Positions 17,246 through 25,508 are shown, counted from the first letter of the stretch. The stretch: DNA of 37,891 nucleotides from Eubacteriales bacterium (GCA_045120555.1 JBGVEZ010000138.1:1-37891), one strand, 5' to 3'. Numbers and translations: made by a program. Notes: generated by a model from the letters alone, not told the origin.

Positions 17246-19221
17246 ATTGCATCTACCTCCGCCATAATCTGTCTGTTTGTGAATCCCTTAAGGTTCATTG
17301 CGCCCGAGGGACAAGCAACCGTACAAGCACCGCAGCCGTGGCAGACAGCGGGGTTAACGGATGCTACGCGGCGAATCTCAACGTTGCGTCCGACTCTGAA
17401 TTCCTTATCGCTGTAGGTGATTGCGCCGTAGGGGCAAACGTTTTCACAGCAAGAGCATCCGTTACAGAGCATCTCGTCGCTGATAGCAACGCAGGGGTCT
17501 GTTGTGAGCTTATCCTTTGCGAGAAGACCGATAACCTTAGCCGCAGCGGCACCTGCCATTGCAACAGTTTCGGGAACGTCTCTCGGACCCTGACACGTAC
17601 CGGAGAGGAATACACCGGCTGTGGGGCTTTCTACGGGACGGAGCTTTGCGTGTGCTTCTGTGAAGAAGTCGTTGGTATCCATGCTTGCCGTGAGCTTTGT
17701 TGCAAGTGCACGCGCACCGAGGTTAGGCTCGATAGCGGTTGCAAGGACTACCATATCTGCGGCGATTTCGATCTTTTCATCGTTGATAAGATCGCTCGCC
17801 TGAACCATGAGCTTGCCGTTAACGTCGTTTACCTTACCGACAGCGCCCTTGATATAATGAACGTTGTATTCTTCGACAGCTCTGCGATAGAACTCATCGA
17901 AGTTCTTACCGGGTGTACGAACGTCTATGTAGAATACGTAGACCTCTGTGTCCGGATATTTTTCTCTTGTAAGCATTGCATGCTTTGCCGTGTACATACA
18001 GCAGATCTTGGAGCAGTAGGGCTTGCCGCATCCGGAGGTATCTCTCGAGCCAACGCACTGAACGAATACGATGGTGTGAGGATGCTCGTTATCGGAGGGA
18101 CGGAGAAGCTTACCGCCTGTGGGGCCTGCAGCATTTGTGATTCTCTCGAATTCAAGGCTGGTGATAACGTCGGGGCAACGGGAGTAGCCGTACTCGTCGA
18201 AGTTTTCAAGCGAGATGGGCTTAAAGCCGGTTGCAACAACGATTGCGCCGTATTCTCTTGTAACGATCTCGTCCTTCATAGAGAAGTCGATAGCGTTAAC
18301 GCCGCAGTTTCTTGCGCAAAGACCGCACTTGCCGTTCTTAAGCATAAGGCACTGCTCGGGGTCGATTGCGGGAACCTTCGGGATCGCCTGAGCGAAGGGG
18401 ATGTAGATCGCGCCTCTCTTCTTGAGGCCCATATTGAATTCATCAAGGCCCTTTCTGGAGGGACACTTTTCTGTACAAACTCCACAACCCGTGCAGAGGT
18501 CTTCCTTAACGTATCTTGCCTTACGGCGGATATCTACCTGGAAGTTACCTACGAAGCCGTGAACGTCCTCAACCTCGCTGTAGGACATGATGTTGATCTT
18601 TTCGTGCTGTGCTGCATCAACCATCTTAGGTGTGAGGATACAAGCCGAGCAGTCGAGAGTCGGGAAGGTCTTATCGAGCTGGGACATACGTCCGCCGATG
18701 GTGGGCTCCTTCTCTACGATGTCAACCTCATAGCCTGCGTCTGCGATATCAAGCGCAGTCTGGATACCTGCGATACCACCGCCGATTACGAGTGCTCTCT
18801 TTACAACCGGGCTCTCACCGGGCTGGAGAGGAGCGTTAAGGTTTACCTTAGCTATTGCGGCACGGCCGAGGATAATAGCCTTAAGGGTTGCGTCTCCCAT
18901 ATCCTTATGTATCCATGAGCACTGCTCTCTGATGTTTGCGATCTCTACCATGTAGGGGTTGATTCCCGCAACGGTAGCCGCACGTCTGAAGGTAGCCTCG
19001 TGCATACGGGGAGAGCAGGAGCAAACTACAACACCTGTAAGCTTATGCTCCTTAACTGAGTTTATGATAAGCTGCTGACCGCTTTCCGAGCACATGTACT
19101 GATAGTCGTGCGCGCAAACTACGCCTGCCTCATGGCTGAGGGCCTCGGCAACCTTTGCAACGTCAACGGTACCTGCGATGTTCGTTCCGCACCAGCATAC
19201 AAAAACGCCTATTCTCTGCAT
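17233..19221 (-). CDS. hdrA: Heterodisulfide-reductase subunit A-like flavoprotein (HdrA)
   Basis: VIGGGIAGIQTA, FPTLDCSACILTP and FVQCVGSRD...YCSKICCMYTAKH. There is an inserted ferredoxin motif and C-terminal ones (CTGCGVCTEKCP, CNGCSCCENVCP, CHGCGACTVACP). RBS AAGGAGA is present. Confidence 0.9.
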   Translation of the reverse strand: MQRIGVFVCWCGTNIAGTVDVAKVAEALSHEAGVVCAHDYQYMCSESGQQLIINSVKEHKLTGVVVCSCSPRMHEATFRRAATVAGINPYMVEIANIREQCSWIHKDMGDATLKAIILGRAAIAKVNLNAPLQPGESPVVKRALVIGGGIAGIQTALDIADAGYEVDIVEKEPTIGGRMSQLDKTFPTLDCSACILTPKMVDAAQHEKINIMSYSEVEDVHGFVGNFQVDIRRKARYVKEDLCTGCGVCTEKCPSRKGLDEFNMGLKKRGAIYIPFAQAIPKVPAIDPEQCLMLKNGKCGLCARNCGVNAIDFSMKDEIVTREYGAIVVATGFKPISLENFDEYGYSRCPDVITSLEFERITNAAGPTGGKLLRPSDNEHPHTIVFVQCVGSRDTSGCGKPYCSKICCMYTAKHAMLTREKYPDTEVYVFYIDVRTPGKNFDEFYRRAVEEYNVHYIKGAVGKVNDVNGKLMVQASDLINDEKIEIAADMVVLATAIEPNLGARALATKLTASMDTNDFFTEAHAKLRPVESPTAGVFLSGTCQGPRDVPETVAMAGAAAAKVIGLLAKDKLTTDPCVAISDEMLCNGCSCCENVCPYGAITYSDKEFRVGRNVEIRRVASVNPAVCHGCGACTVACPSGAMNLKGFTNRQIMAEVDAICKM

Positions 19222-19232
19222 TGCTTCTCTCC

Positions 19233-19628
19233 TTATTTATTATACTTTCTCATAGCCGACATAAGCGCCTGTCCGGGCATTTCGTCGTCTATCCTTGCGG
19301 GGATCTCATCCTGCTTCATGTAAGCACCACCCTGACGGCGAAGAGCAACCGCTCTTGCAGCCTCAGCAAGCTTTGCGGGCTTAACGTCTCTCGGGCAACG
19401 CTCAAGGCAAGCAAAGCAGGACATACATTTATAAATGCCCTTGGAGTTTGCAAGCTCTTCAACTCTTCCGTCAAGAACGTACTGAGCGAACTTGTGGGGG
19501 TGGATCTCCATTTCGTCGAAGGCGGGACAAGCCGCGGAGCATTTTCCGCACTTCATACACTTTTCGGGGTGAGCGCCGCTTATTCTGATAACAAGGGCTT
19601 TAAGCTCTGAGCCTTTATTTCCGTGCAT
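19233..19628 (-). CDS. hdrC: HdrC-like 2x[4Fe-4S] subunit
   Basis: CMKCGKCSAACP and CMSCFACLERCP. The start is set at ATG 19628 (MHGNKG), 6 nt after AAGGAGG and 10 nt after the hdrB stop, rather than at the overlapping 19664. Confidence 0.8.
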   Translation of the reverse strand: MHGNKGSELKALVIRISGAHPEKCMKCGKCSAACPAFDEMEIHPHKFAQYVLDGRVEELANSKGIYKCMSCFACLERCPRDVKPAKLAEAARAVALRRQGGAYMKQDEIPARIDDEMPGQALMSAMRKYNK

Positions 19629-19638
19629 ACCGTCCTCC

Positions 19639-20433
19639 TTAATTCTCGCCGCCGCAAACGCCAAGGGCCTCTGCGATAAGCTCTGTTATATAGTAGGTAG
19701 GAAGCTTTGCCTTTTCTCCGCCGTGTACAAGGTTATACATACAGAGGGGGCAAGCGGTAATGAGACAGTCCGCACCCTTATCGGCTGCGCTCTCTCTTAC
19801 GGCATCCGCGCGCTTTGCGGCAATGCTTCTATCATCCACAACGGTATAACCGCCGCAGCATTCGTTTCTCATTGAGTATACGACAGCAGTTGCGCCGAGA
19901 GCCTTTACAAGATCCTCCATGATCTTGGGATTCTCGGGATTATCGAACTGCATTTCCTTTGAGGGACGGAGAAGCATGCATCCGTAGTAGGGAGCAACCT
20001 TTCTTCCCTTGAGAGGATTTACAACAGCCTTCTTGAGCTCGTCGAATCCGACCTTATCTCTGAGAAGCTCGAGGTAGTGAACAACCTCCGTTTCACCCGT
20101 ATAGGGTACTTCAAGTCCGAGATAGCTGTTAACACGCGATCTTATGTACTCGTTGTTCTTCATGTCCTCGTTTACGAGCTTTATGACATGATGGCAAGCC
20201 GAGCAAAGAGTTACAAGTACCTGACCCTTATCTCTTGCCGCAACGAGGGCTCTCACTGCGGGAAGTCTTGTTGCAATCTCGTCCTGGTTCATCGGATAAA
20301 CCGCACCGCAGCACTGCCAATCCGGCACCTCTTCAAGTGTGATTCCGAGCTTTTCGCAGGAGAGTCTTGCAAACTTATCAAGGTCCTTTGCCTTGTTTTT
20401 GAGTGTACAGCCGGGATAATAACTGTAAATCAT
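19639..20433 (-). CDS. hdrB: HdrB-like subunit with two complete CCG domains
   Basis: YYPGC...WQCCGA...LCSAC and YYGC...ECCGG...ACPLC match the CX(n)CCGX(m)CXXC motif twice. Confidence 0.88.
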   Translation of the reverse strand: MIYSYYPGCTLKNKAKDLDKFARLSCEKLGITLEEVPDWQCCGAVYPMNQDEIATRLPAVRALVAARDKGQVLVTLCSACHHVIKLVNEDMKNNEYIRSRVNSYLGLEVPYTGETEVVHYLELLRDKVGFDELKKAVVNPLKGRKVAPYYGCMLLRPSKEMQFDNPENPKIMEDLVKALGATAVVYSMRNECCGGYTVVDDRSIAAKRADAVRESAADKGADCLITACPLCMYNLVHGGEKAKLPTYYITELIAEALGVCGGEN

Positions 20434-20454
20434 ATAGAAAATTTACCTCCGGTA

Positions 20455-20483
20455 ATTAGTTTACTGTGTTAATTTTTTGACAA
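20455..20483 (-). promoter_or_regulatory. Possible promoter of the hdr-flx-frd operon (TTGTCA-17nt-ACTAAT)
   Basis: On the minus strand the -35 is at 20478-20483 and the -10 at 20455-20460. The -10 is imperfect, so read-through from fumC is also possible. Confidence 0.35.
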
Positions 20484-20492
20484 ATAATACGC

Positions 20493-20560
20493 AAAAAAAT
20501 GGGATTCCTATGCGTATAAAATCCCAACAAGCGGCGAAGACAATTTTTTATCTTCGCCGC
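20493..20560 (-). terminator. Composite terminator after fumC (two hairpins, second followed by T7)
   Basis: The minus strand reads GCGGCGAAGA-loop-TCTTCGCCGC (20531-20560), then GGGATT-loop-AATCCC (20501-20525), followed by ATTTTTTTG. Confidence 0.55.
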
Positions 20561-20581
20561 AAGTAAGCATAAGTCTATTTA

Positions 20582-21973
20582 TCAGACCATCTGCTCGGGA
20601 TGGAATACCTCGTCGAACTTTTCAGCGGTAAGGAATCCGAGCTCTACGCAAGCCTCCTTAAGGGAGCAGTTGTCCTTGAATGCCTTCTTAACGGTCTTAG
20701 CCGCGTTCTCATAACCGATGTAGGGGTTAAGAGCTGTAACGAGCATAAGGGAGTTGTGAAGGTTGTTGTGCATCTTTTCTCTGTCCGCAACGATACCTAC
20801 AGCACACTTGTTGTTGAAGGAAACGATGGACTCCGCAAGAAGACGAGCGGACTGGAGGAAGTTATAAATACAAACGGGCATAAATACGTTAAGCTCGAAG
20901 TTACCCTGGGATGCTGCCATACCTACAGCTACGTCGTTACCCATAACCTGAACAGCTACCATTGTAGCCTGCTCGCACTGAGTGGGGTTAACCTTACCGG
21001 GCATGATGGAGGAGCCGGGCTCGTTCTCGGGGATCTTGATCTCGCCGAGACCTACTCTGGGTCCGGATGCAAGCCATCTTACGTCGTTTGCGATCTTCAT
21101 CATATCAGCAGCAAGTGCCTTGAGTGCGCCGTGAGCAAATACGAGCTCGTCCTTGGATGTGAGCGCATGGAACTTGTTCTCAGCTGTTACGAAGTGCTTA
21201 CCCGTGATCTCGGAAACAGCCTCAGCAACCTTAACGTCAAAGCCCTTGGGGCAGTTAAGACCTGTACCAACAGCTGTACCGCCGAGAGCGAGCTCGGAAA
21301 GGTAAGGAAGTGCGCTTTCAAGCATAGCTCTGTCTCTTTCAAGAGAGCTTCTCCAGCCGGAGATCTCCTGAGAGAACTTTATAGGTGTAGCATCCTGAAG
21401 ATGTGTTCTACCGCTCTTAACGATTCCCTCGTTCTCCTCTTCAAGTCTCTTGAGAGTTGCAACGAGAAGGTCGATTGCGGGGAAAACCTTATCCTCAATA
21501 ACTATCTTTGCAGCGATGTGCATAGCTGCGGGGAACGTATCGTTAGAGCTCTGGCTCATGTTGATATCGTCATTGGGATGAAGAGCCTTTTCAAGGGATG
21601 CACCTGCGATCTCGGTACCTCTGTTAGCAATAACCTCGTTAGCATTCATGTTGGACTGTGTTCCCGAACCTGTCTGCCATACTACGAGCGGGAAGTGGTC
21701 GTTGAGCTTGCCTGCGATAACCTCGTCACATGCTGCGGAAATTGCAGCGAGCTTTGCGTCTGTCATCTTCTCGGGCTTAAGAGCGTTGTTTGCGATAGCG
21801 CAAGCCTTCTTAAGAACGCCGAATGCGTGTGTGATTTCTCTGGGCATGGTTTCGATGCCTACACCGATAAGGAAGTTCTCGTGGCTTCTCTCTGTCTGTG
21901 CAGCCCAATACTTGTCGGCAGGTACCTTTACCTCGCCCATAGAGTCTCTTTCAATACGATATTCCTGTGCCAT
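20582..21973 (-). CDS. fumC: Class II fumarate hydratase
   Basis: YRIERDSMGEVKVPADKYWAAQTERS...GSSIMPGKVNPTQCE is the FumC/aspartase family signature. The start is set at ATG 21973 (MAQEYRIE) after GGAGGAAA, not at 22051. Confidence 0.93.
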   Translation of the reverse strand: MAQEYRIERDSMGEVKVPADKYWAAQTERSHENFLIGVGIETMPREITHAFGVLKKACAIANNALKPEKMTDAKLAAISAACDEVIAGKLNDHFPLVVWQTGSGTQSNMNANEVIANRGTEIAGASLEKALHPNDDINMSQSSNDTFPAAMHIAAKIVIEDKVFPAIDLLVATLKRLEEENEGIVKSGRTHLQDATPIKFSQEISGWRSSLERDRAMLESALPYLSELALGGTAVGTGLNCPKGFDVKVAEAVSEITGKHFVTAENKFHALTSKDELVFAHGALKALAADMMKIANDVRWLASGPRVGLGEIKIPENEPGSSIMPGKVNPTQCEQATMVAVQVMGNDVAVGMAASQGNFELNVFMPVCIYNFLQSARLLAESIVSFNNKCAVGIVADREKMHNNLHNSLMLVTALNPYIGYENAAKTVKKAFKDNCSLKEACVELGFLTAEKFDEVFHPEQMV

Positions 21974-22065
21974 GTTTTTGATTTCCTCCAAATTATAATA
22001 AGTATTATTTTTCTTGCTCGGGTGTGCTTCCCTGGCATTGGCACAACCCATAATTCTACTATTAT

Positions 22066-22094
22066 ATTATACCATAAAAGCGCTCTCTTGTAAA
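22066..22094 (-). promoter_or_regulatory. Promoter for fumC (TTTACA-17nt-TATAAT, TG-extended)
   Basis: The reverse complement reads TTTACAagagagcgcttttatggTATAAT. Confidence 0.55.
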
Positions 22095-22187
22095 GAGTTT
22101 TTTTAAAAAAATTTCAACATATTTCGTGCAGTACGATTTTTCTTTTTGGTTAAGACACCGATTTTTTTCTTTTTTTGAAAAATTCAC

Positions 22188-22216
22188 TTGACATTTGGTG
22201 TTTTTTATGATATAAT
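22188..22216 (+). promoter_or_regulatory. Consensus promoter for the thiT leader (TTGACA-17nt-TATAAT)
   Basis: TTGACA is at 22188-22193 and TATAAT at 22211-22216, with an upstream TGA. Confidence 0.65.
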
Positions 22217-22237
22217 ATATGACATAAAAAACGAATA

Positions 22238-22330
22238 TCGCACAATTCGGGGGTGCCTATGGCTGAGACGGATCAATTCCGAACCCTTTGACCTGATACG
22301 GATAATGCCGTCGTAGGGAGAAAGACGTTA
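22238..22330 (+). promoter_or_regulatory. TPP (THI-box) riboswitch aptamer
   Basis: GGGGGTGCC...GGCTGAGA...ACCCTTTGACCTGATACGGATAATGCCGTCGTAGGGAG matches the conserved TPP aptamer core. It sits upstream of a thiamine transporter gene. Confidence 0.88.
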
Positions 22331-22366
22331 ATGTCGTGAGAGAGCTCTCGCTCTTTCCGGATTTCA

Positions 22367-22397
22367 ACCGCACGGATCTCGTGCGGTTTTTGTTTTT
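22367..22397 (+). terminator. Riboswitch expression-platform terminator
   Basis: ACCGCAC-ggatctc-GTGCGGT is followed by TTTTTGTTTTT, just upstream of the thiT RBS. Confidence 0.75.
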
Positions 22398-22423
22398 CAA
22401 AATAAAAAACGGAGGAAAAACAA

Positions 22424-23020
22424 ATGAAATCCAACAAAACCAAAATGTTAAAAAACCTCAGAATGCTTTGCGTAAGTGCGATAATGCTTGCACTCGCCAC
22501 TGTGCTCAGCCTCGTCAAGATCTGGCAGTTCCCGTGGGGCGGCTCGATAACGCTCGGCTCGATGCTTCCCATCGTGCTTGTATCCGTCGTATACGGTCCG
22601 CTTCAGGGGCTGTTCACAGCTTTTCTCTATTCGTGGATACAGTTCTTTCTCGATCTCGGCGCGATCATGTCATGGGGCCTTACCGAGGAGATGTTTATCT
22701 GGACGGTAATTCTTGACTACATCCTTCCCTTCACTCTCATCGGAATTGCGGGAATATTCTCAAAGAAGGGATTTCCCGGCAAGCTTGCCGGCACCTGCCT
22801 TGCGGTGACCCTCAGATACGCCTCGCACGTAGTATCGGGAGCCGCTCTCTGGCACTCCGCGGGAAAGATCTGGGAGGGGCTTACCATAGAAAACGAATGG
22901 CTCTACAGCCTCGTCTACAACGCCTGCTATATGCTTCCCGAGCTGATAATAACCGTCGCTCTTACGTGGTTTATACTTAAGAACAAATCGTTTATGAGAA
23001 GCATATCGAAAAAATCATAA
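22424..23020 (+). CDS. thiT: Thiamine transporter ThiT (ECF S-component / YuaJ family)
   Basis: A six-TM ~198-aa protein (WQFPWGGSITLGSMLPI...). It is regulated by the TPP riboswitch, and RBS GGAGG lies 8 nt upstream. Confidence 0.82.
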   Translation: MKSNKTKMLKNLRMLCVSAIMLALATVLSLVKIWQFPWGGSITLGSMLPIVLVSVVYGPLQGLFTAFLYSWIQFFLDLGAIMSWGLTEEMFIWTVILDYILPFTLIGIAGIFSKKGFPGKLAGTCLAVTLRYASHVVSGAALWHSAGKIWEGLTIENEWLYSLVYNACYMLPELIITVALTWFILKNKSFMRSISKKS

Positions 23021-23027
23021 CTAACAC

Positions 23028-23064
23028 TATGGGAGCCATGTATCGGGGGCTCCCATAATTTTTT
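23028..23064 (+). terminator. Intrinsic terminator after thiT
   Basis: TATGGGAGCC-loop-GGCTCCCATA is followed by ATTTTTT. Confidence 0.8.
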
Positions 23065-23154
23065 ACAAAATATCGCATTTTTATATTCAGAAAAACGCGC
23101 AGATTATGTTATAATATATAACACAATAAGATAACCGAAAGGCATTTACGATAT

Positions 23155-25368
23155 ATGAATAAAACACCAAAAAAATTAAGGAGGCAGCCACCGACACAGG
23201 ACGTCAAAAAGCAGCCCGCCAAAGCACCTGCGCAAGGAAAGCCGCAAACGCTTAAGGCGGACAAGGCGTTTGACCGGCTGTACGATCTTTCAAGTCTTTT
23301 GTTTGCACTCGTTATACTCCCCCTGTCTGTCCTCTACCTTGAGGTCGCGATACGCCTTATAACCGGACTTGCCTGGTCCCGTTCGGCGTGTATGTACCTC
23401 ATAATGTCATCATTTGCGCTCGGACTTACTCTTTACGCGCTCTGCTCCTTCTTTGGATACAAGATCAACCGGATCGTTATCTGCTCGCTGTCCTTCATCC
23501 TTTGCGCGGTATACGCCGTTTACGAGGTATACTTCGATTTCTTCAGTATGTTTATCGACTTTGCCGCAATGGGAGAAGCGGGAAATATGCTTTCCGACTT
23601 CATAGGAAATATTATCCTGTATACCTTCAAAAACACACATTGGATACTCGTTCTGCTCGTTCCCTTCTTCGTAACGCTCTTTTTGACGAAAAGAAGGGTG
23701 AGAGTCGAAAAAACGGGGCTGAAATACAAGCTCGTTCTATGCTCTGTTGCGCTTGTTCTTCTCATCTCACGAAACGTCCTCATATCGCTTGACGACAGCG
23801 AATTCGGCGACCGATTCTATTACCGTGAGGGCTATAACGTTACCGCGTCGGCAGAAAGGTTCGGATTGATTACCTCTATAAGGCTTAATGCGCAATATCT
23901 GCTCTTCGGATCTCCGGACGCATCTCTTCCTCATCCCGACAGCATTCCCGGCACCACACCTGACTACGATCAGATATTTGTCGACTCGGATACCGAAACG
24001 ACCACAGGCACGGAGTCAGGAAAAGACGAACCCGTTTTTGTACCGGTTGACCGCGTAACCGTGGATTTCAACGCCCTTATAAGCAGCGAAAGCAACGAAA
24101 AGATACTAAGCATGCACAAGTATTTCGCAAGCCTTGAGCCTACGAAAACAAACAAGTATACCGGCTATTTCGAGGGAAAGAATCTAATCTATATAACCGC
24201 AGAGGGCTTTACAAGCAAGATGATAAGTCCCGAGCTTACTCCTATACTGTACAAGATGTCGACCGAGGGCTTTGTTTTTGAAAACTGCTACAACAGCCTC
24301 TGGGGCGGAAGCACCGCAACCGGCGAATACCTCGCCCTCACCGGTCTTTTCCACAGCAAGGCATCCTGCCTCAGCCTTTCCGGAGGCGCAGACGGAGAGG
24401 ATGCGAGACTTATGTACTACGCTCTCGGAAACACCTTCAAGCGGATGGGATATTCGACCTACGCCTTCCACAACCACAACCCGAAATACTACGACCGCGA
24501 CTACTCGCACAAGAACTTTGGATTTGACCTCTATCTCGGAGCCAACGGCACCTACGGAAGCTATATCTGCACCGATCATATCACCTATCCCACCGACACT
24601 TGGCCAAAAAGCGACAGTGAAATGGCTTCTCTTACCGCAAAATACTATCTTGACAACCTGAAAGAGCCCTTCCTTGCGTACTATATGACCGTAAGCGGAC
24701 ACGCAAACTATAACGTCGGCGGAAACGGTATGGCAAGAAAGAACTACGATAAGGTCGCGCACCTCAACGTATCCGAGGAGGTAAAGGCGTATATCGCGTG
24801 CAGTCTTGAGCTTGAGTATATGCTGGAGATCCTTTGCGATAAGCTTTCCCAAAAGGGAATTCTTGAGGACACCGTTTTCGTTATCAGCGCCGATCATTAT
24901 CCATACGGCATGTCGGACGATAAGAGCCTTGCAGAGCTTTACGGTCTTCCCGAGAACGGTATCCGCACAAACAAGGAGCTTTTCCGAAATCAGATGCTGA
25001 TATGGTCCGCGTCAATGGATACTCCGGTAATAACGGATAAGTACTGTTCATCGTTGGATCTTATTCCCACTGTATACAATCTCTTCGGAGTTGATTACGA
25101 TTCACGTCTCCTTATGGGCTCGGACGTTATGTCGGATACACCGGGATTCGTTATAATCAACAACCTTCGCAACAACTGGAACTGGATAACCGACTACGGC
25201 TATTACGACACGGGCACAAGGCAGTTCACGCTTCACGACGGTATCCGGCTGACCGATCCCGACGAGCTTAAGGATTACGTCGCGCACTATAACGCGGTTA
25301 TCAATTACAAGCAAGCATATTCGGTTGCGATACTGACCAATGACTATTACAGATACGTCTTCAAATAA
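23155..25368 (+). CDS. LTA synthase (LtaS)/sulfatase-family membrane phosphoglycerol transferase-like protein
   Basis: A basic N-terminal tail and multiple TM helices are followed by an extracellular alkaline-phosphatase/sulfatase-type domain (YITAEGF...NSLWGGSTATGEY...VSGHANY...ISADHYPYG). Confidence 0.8.
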   Translation: MNKTPKKLRRQPPTQDVKKQPAKAPAQGKPQTLKADKAFDRLYDLSSLLFALVILPLSVLYLEVAIRLITGLAWSRSACMYLIMSSFALGLTLYALCSFFGYKINRIVICSLSFILCAVYAVYEVYFDFFSMFIDFAAMGEAGNMLSDFIGNIILYTFKNTHWILVLLVPFFVTLFLTKRRVRVEKTGLKYKLVLCSVALVLLISRNVLISLDDSEFGDRFYYREGYNVTASAERFGLITSIRLNAQYLLFGSPDASLPHPDSIPGTTPDYDQIFVDSDTETTTGTESGKDEPVFVPVDRVTVDFNALISSESNEKILSMHKYFASLEPTKTNKYTGYFEGKNLIYITAEGFTSKMISPELTPILYKMSTEGFVFENCYNSLWGGSTATGEYLALTGLFHSKASCLSLSGGADGEDARLMYYALGNTFKRMGYSTYAFHNHNPKYYDRDYSHKNFGFDLYLGANGTYGSYICTDHITYPTDTWPKSDSEMASLTAKYYLDNLKEPFLAYYMTVSGHANYNVGGNGMARKNYDKVAHLNVSEEVKAYIACSLELEYMLEILCDKLSQKGILEDTVFVISADHYPYGMSDDKSLAELYGLPENGIRTNKELFRNQMLIWSASMDTPVITDKYCSSLDLIPTVYNLFGVDYDSRLLMGSDVMSDTPGFVIINNLRNNWNWITDYGYYDTGTRQFTLHDGIRLTDPDELKDYVAHYNAVINYKQAYSVAILTNDYYRYVFK

Positions 25369-25376
25369 AAAACGAA

Positions 25377-25418
25377 GGGGCTGTCTCATTGAATAAGTGA
25401 GACAGTCCCTTTTGCTTT
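25377..25418 (+). terminator. Intrinsic terminator after the LtaS-family gene
   Basis: GGGGCTGTCTCA-loop-TGAGACAGTCCC is followed by TTTTGCTTT. Confidence 0.8.
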
Positions 25419-25447
25419 CAAAAAATCCCTAAAATTCATAAAACGTA

Positions 25448-25476
25448 TTGACATTAAGCGCTTTATGTGCTATAAT
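25448..25476 (+). promoter_or_regulatory. Consensus promoter (TTGACA-17nt-TATAAT with TGc extension)
   Basis: TTGACA is at 25448-25453 and TATAAT at 25471-25476. Confidence 0.6.
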
Positions 25477-25508
25477 TATGTCAATAAACTTATATGGAGG
25501 ACACTCAT

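Noticed and set aside
11614-19221. Reading HdrA-like plus the SdhA-family flavoprotein as a Qmo-AprAB (APS reductase) system, or the flavoprotein as L-aspartate oxidase NadB.
   Set aside because: The partner Fe-S subunit has SdhB/FrdB architecture (an N-terminal 2Fe-2S motif) rather than AprB. The flavoprotein is ~100 aa shorter than my recollection of AprA. No sat/aprB or nadA/nadC genes are nearby, whereas fumC and an AAE transporter flank the operon.
17233-20433. The hdrABC/mvhD genes as evidence of a methanogen or archaeal origin.
   Set aside because: The surrounding genes and signals are bacterial: smpB/tmRNA, LtaS-family, the L19 context, sigma-70 TTGACA/TATAAT promoters and GGAGG RBSs. 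Bacterial Hdr/Flx clusters are well known.
21974-22051. N-terminal extensions proposed by the ORF track: fumC 22051, dus 4870, feoA 35825, leuA-like 36263, hdrC 19664, fnlB 9114, smpB 4796 and membrane protein 25494.
   Set aside because: In each case an internal start has a properly spaced GGAGG-type RBS, removes an overlap with the upstream gene or matches the family N-terminus. The extension has no RBS.
8993-22093. Long ORFs antisense to strong genes: 8993..10030, 11641..12954, 13236..13964, 14237..14923, 14782..15939, 17338..18918 and 20600..22093. Elsewhere also 24184..24897, 28860..29561 and 29877..30746.
   Set aside because: Each lies opposite a gene with unmistakable family motifs (FnlA, FrdA-like, HdrA, FumC and others). 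The translations are Cys/Val/Leu-rich with no motifs or RBS. They are typical stop-poor shadow frames caused by codon bias.
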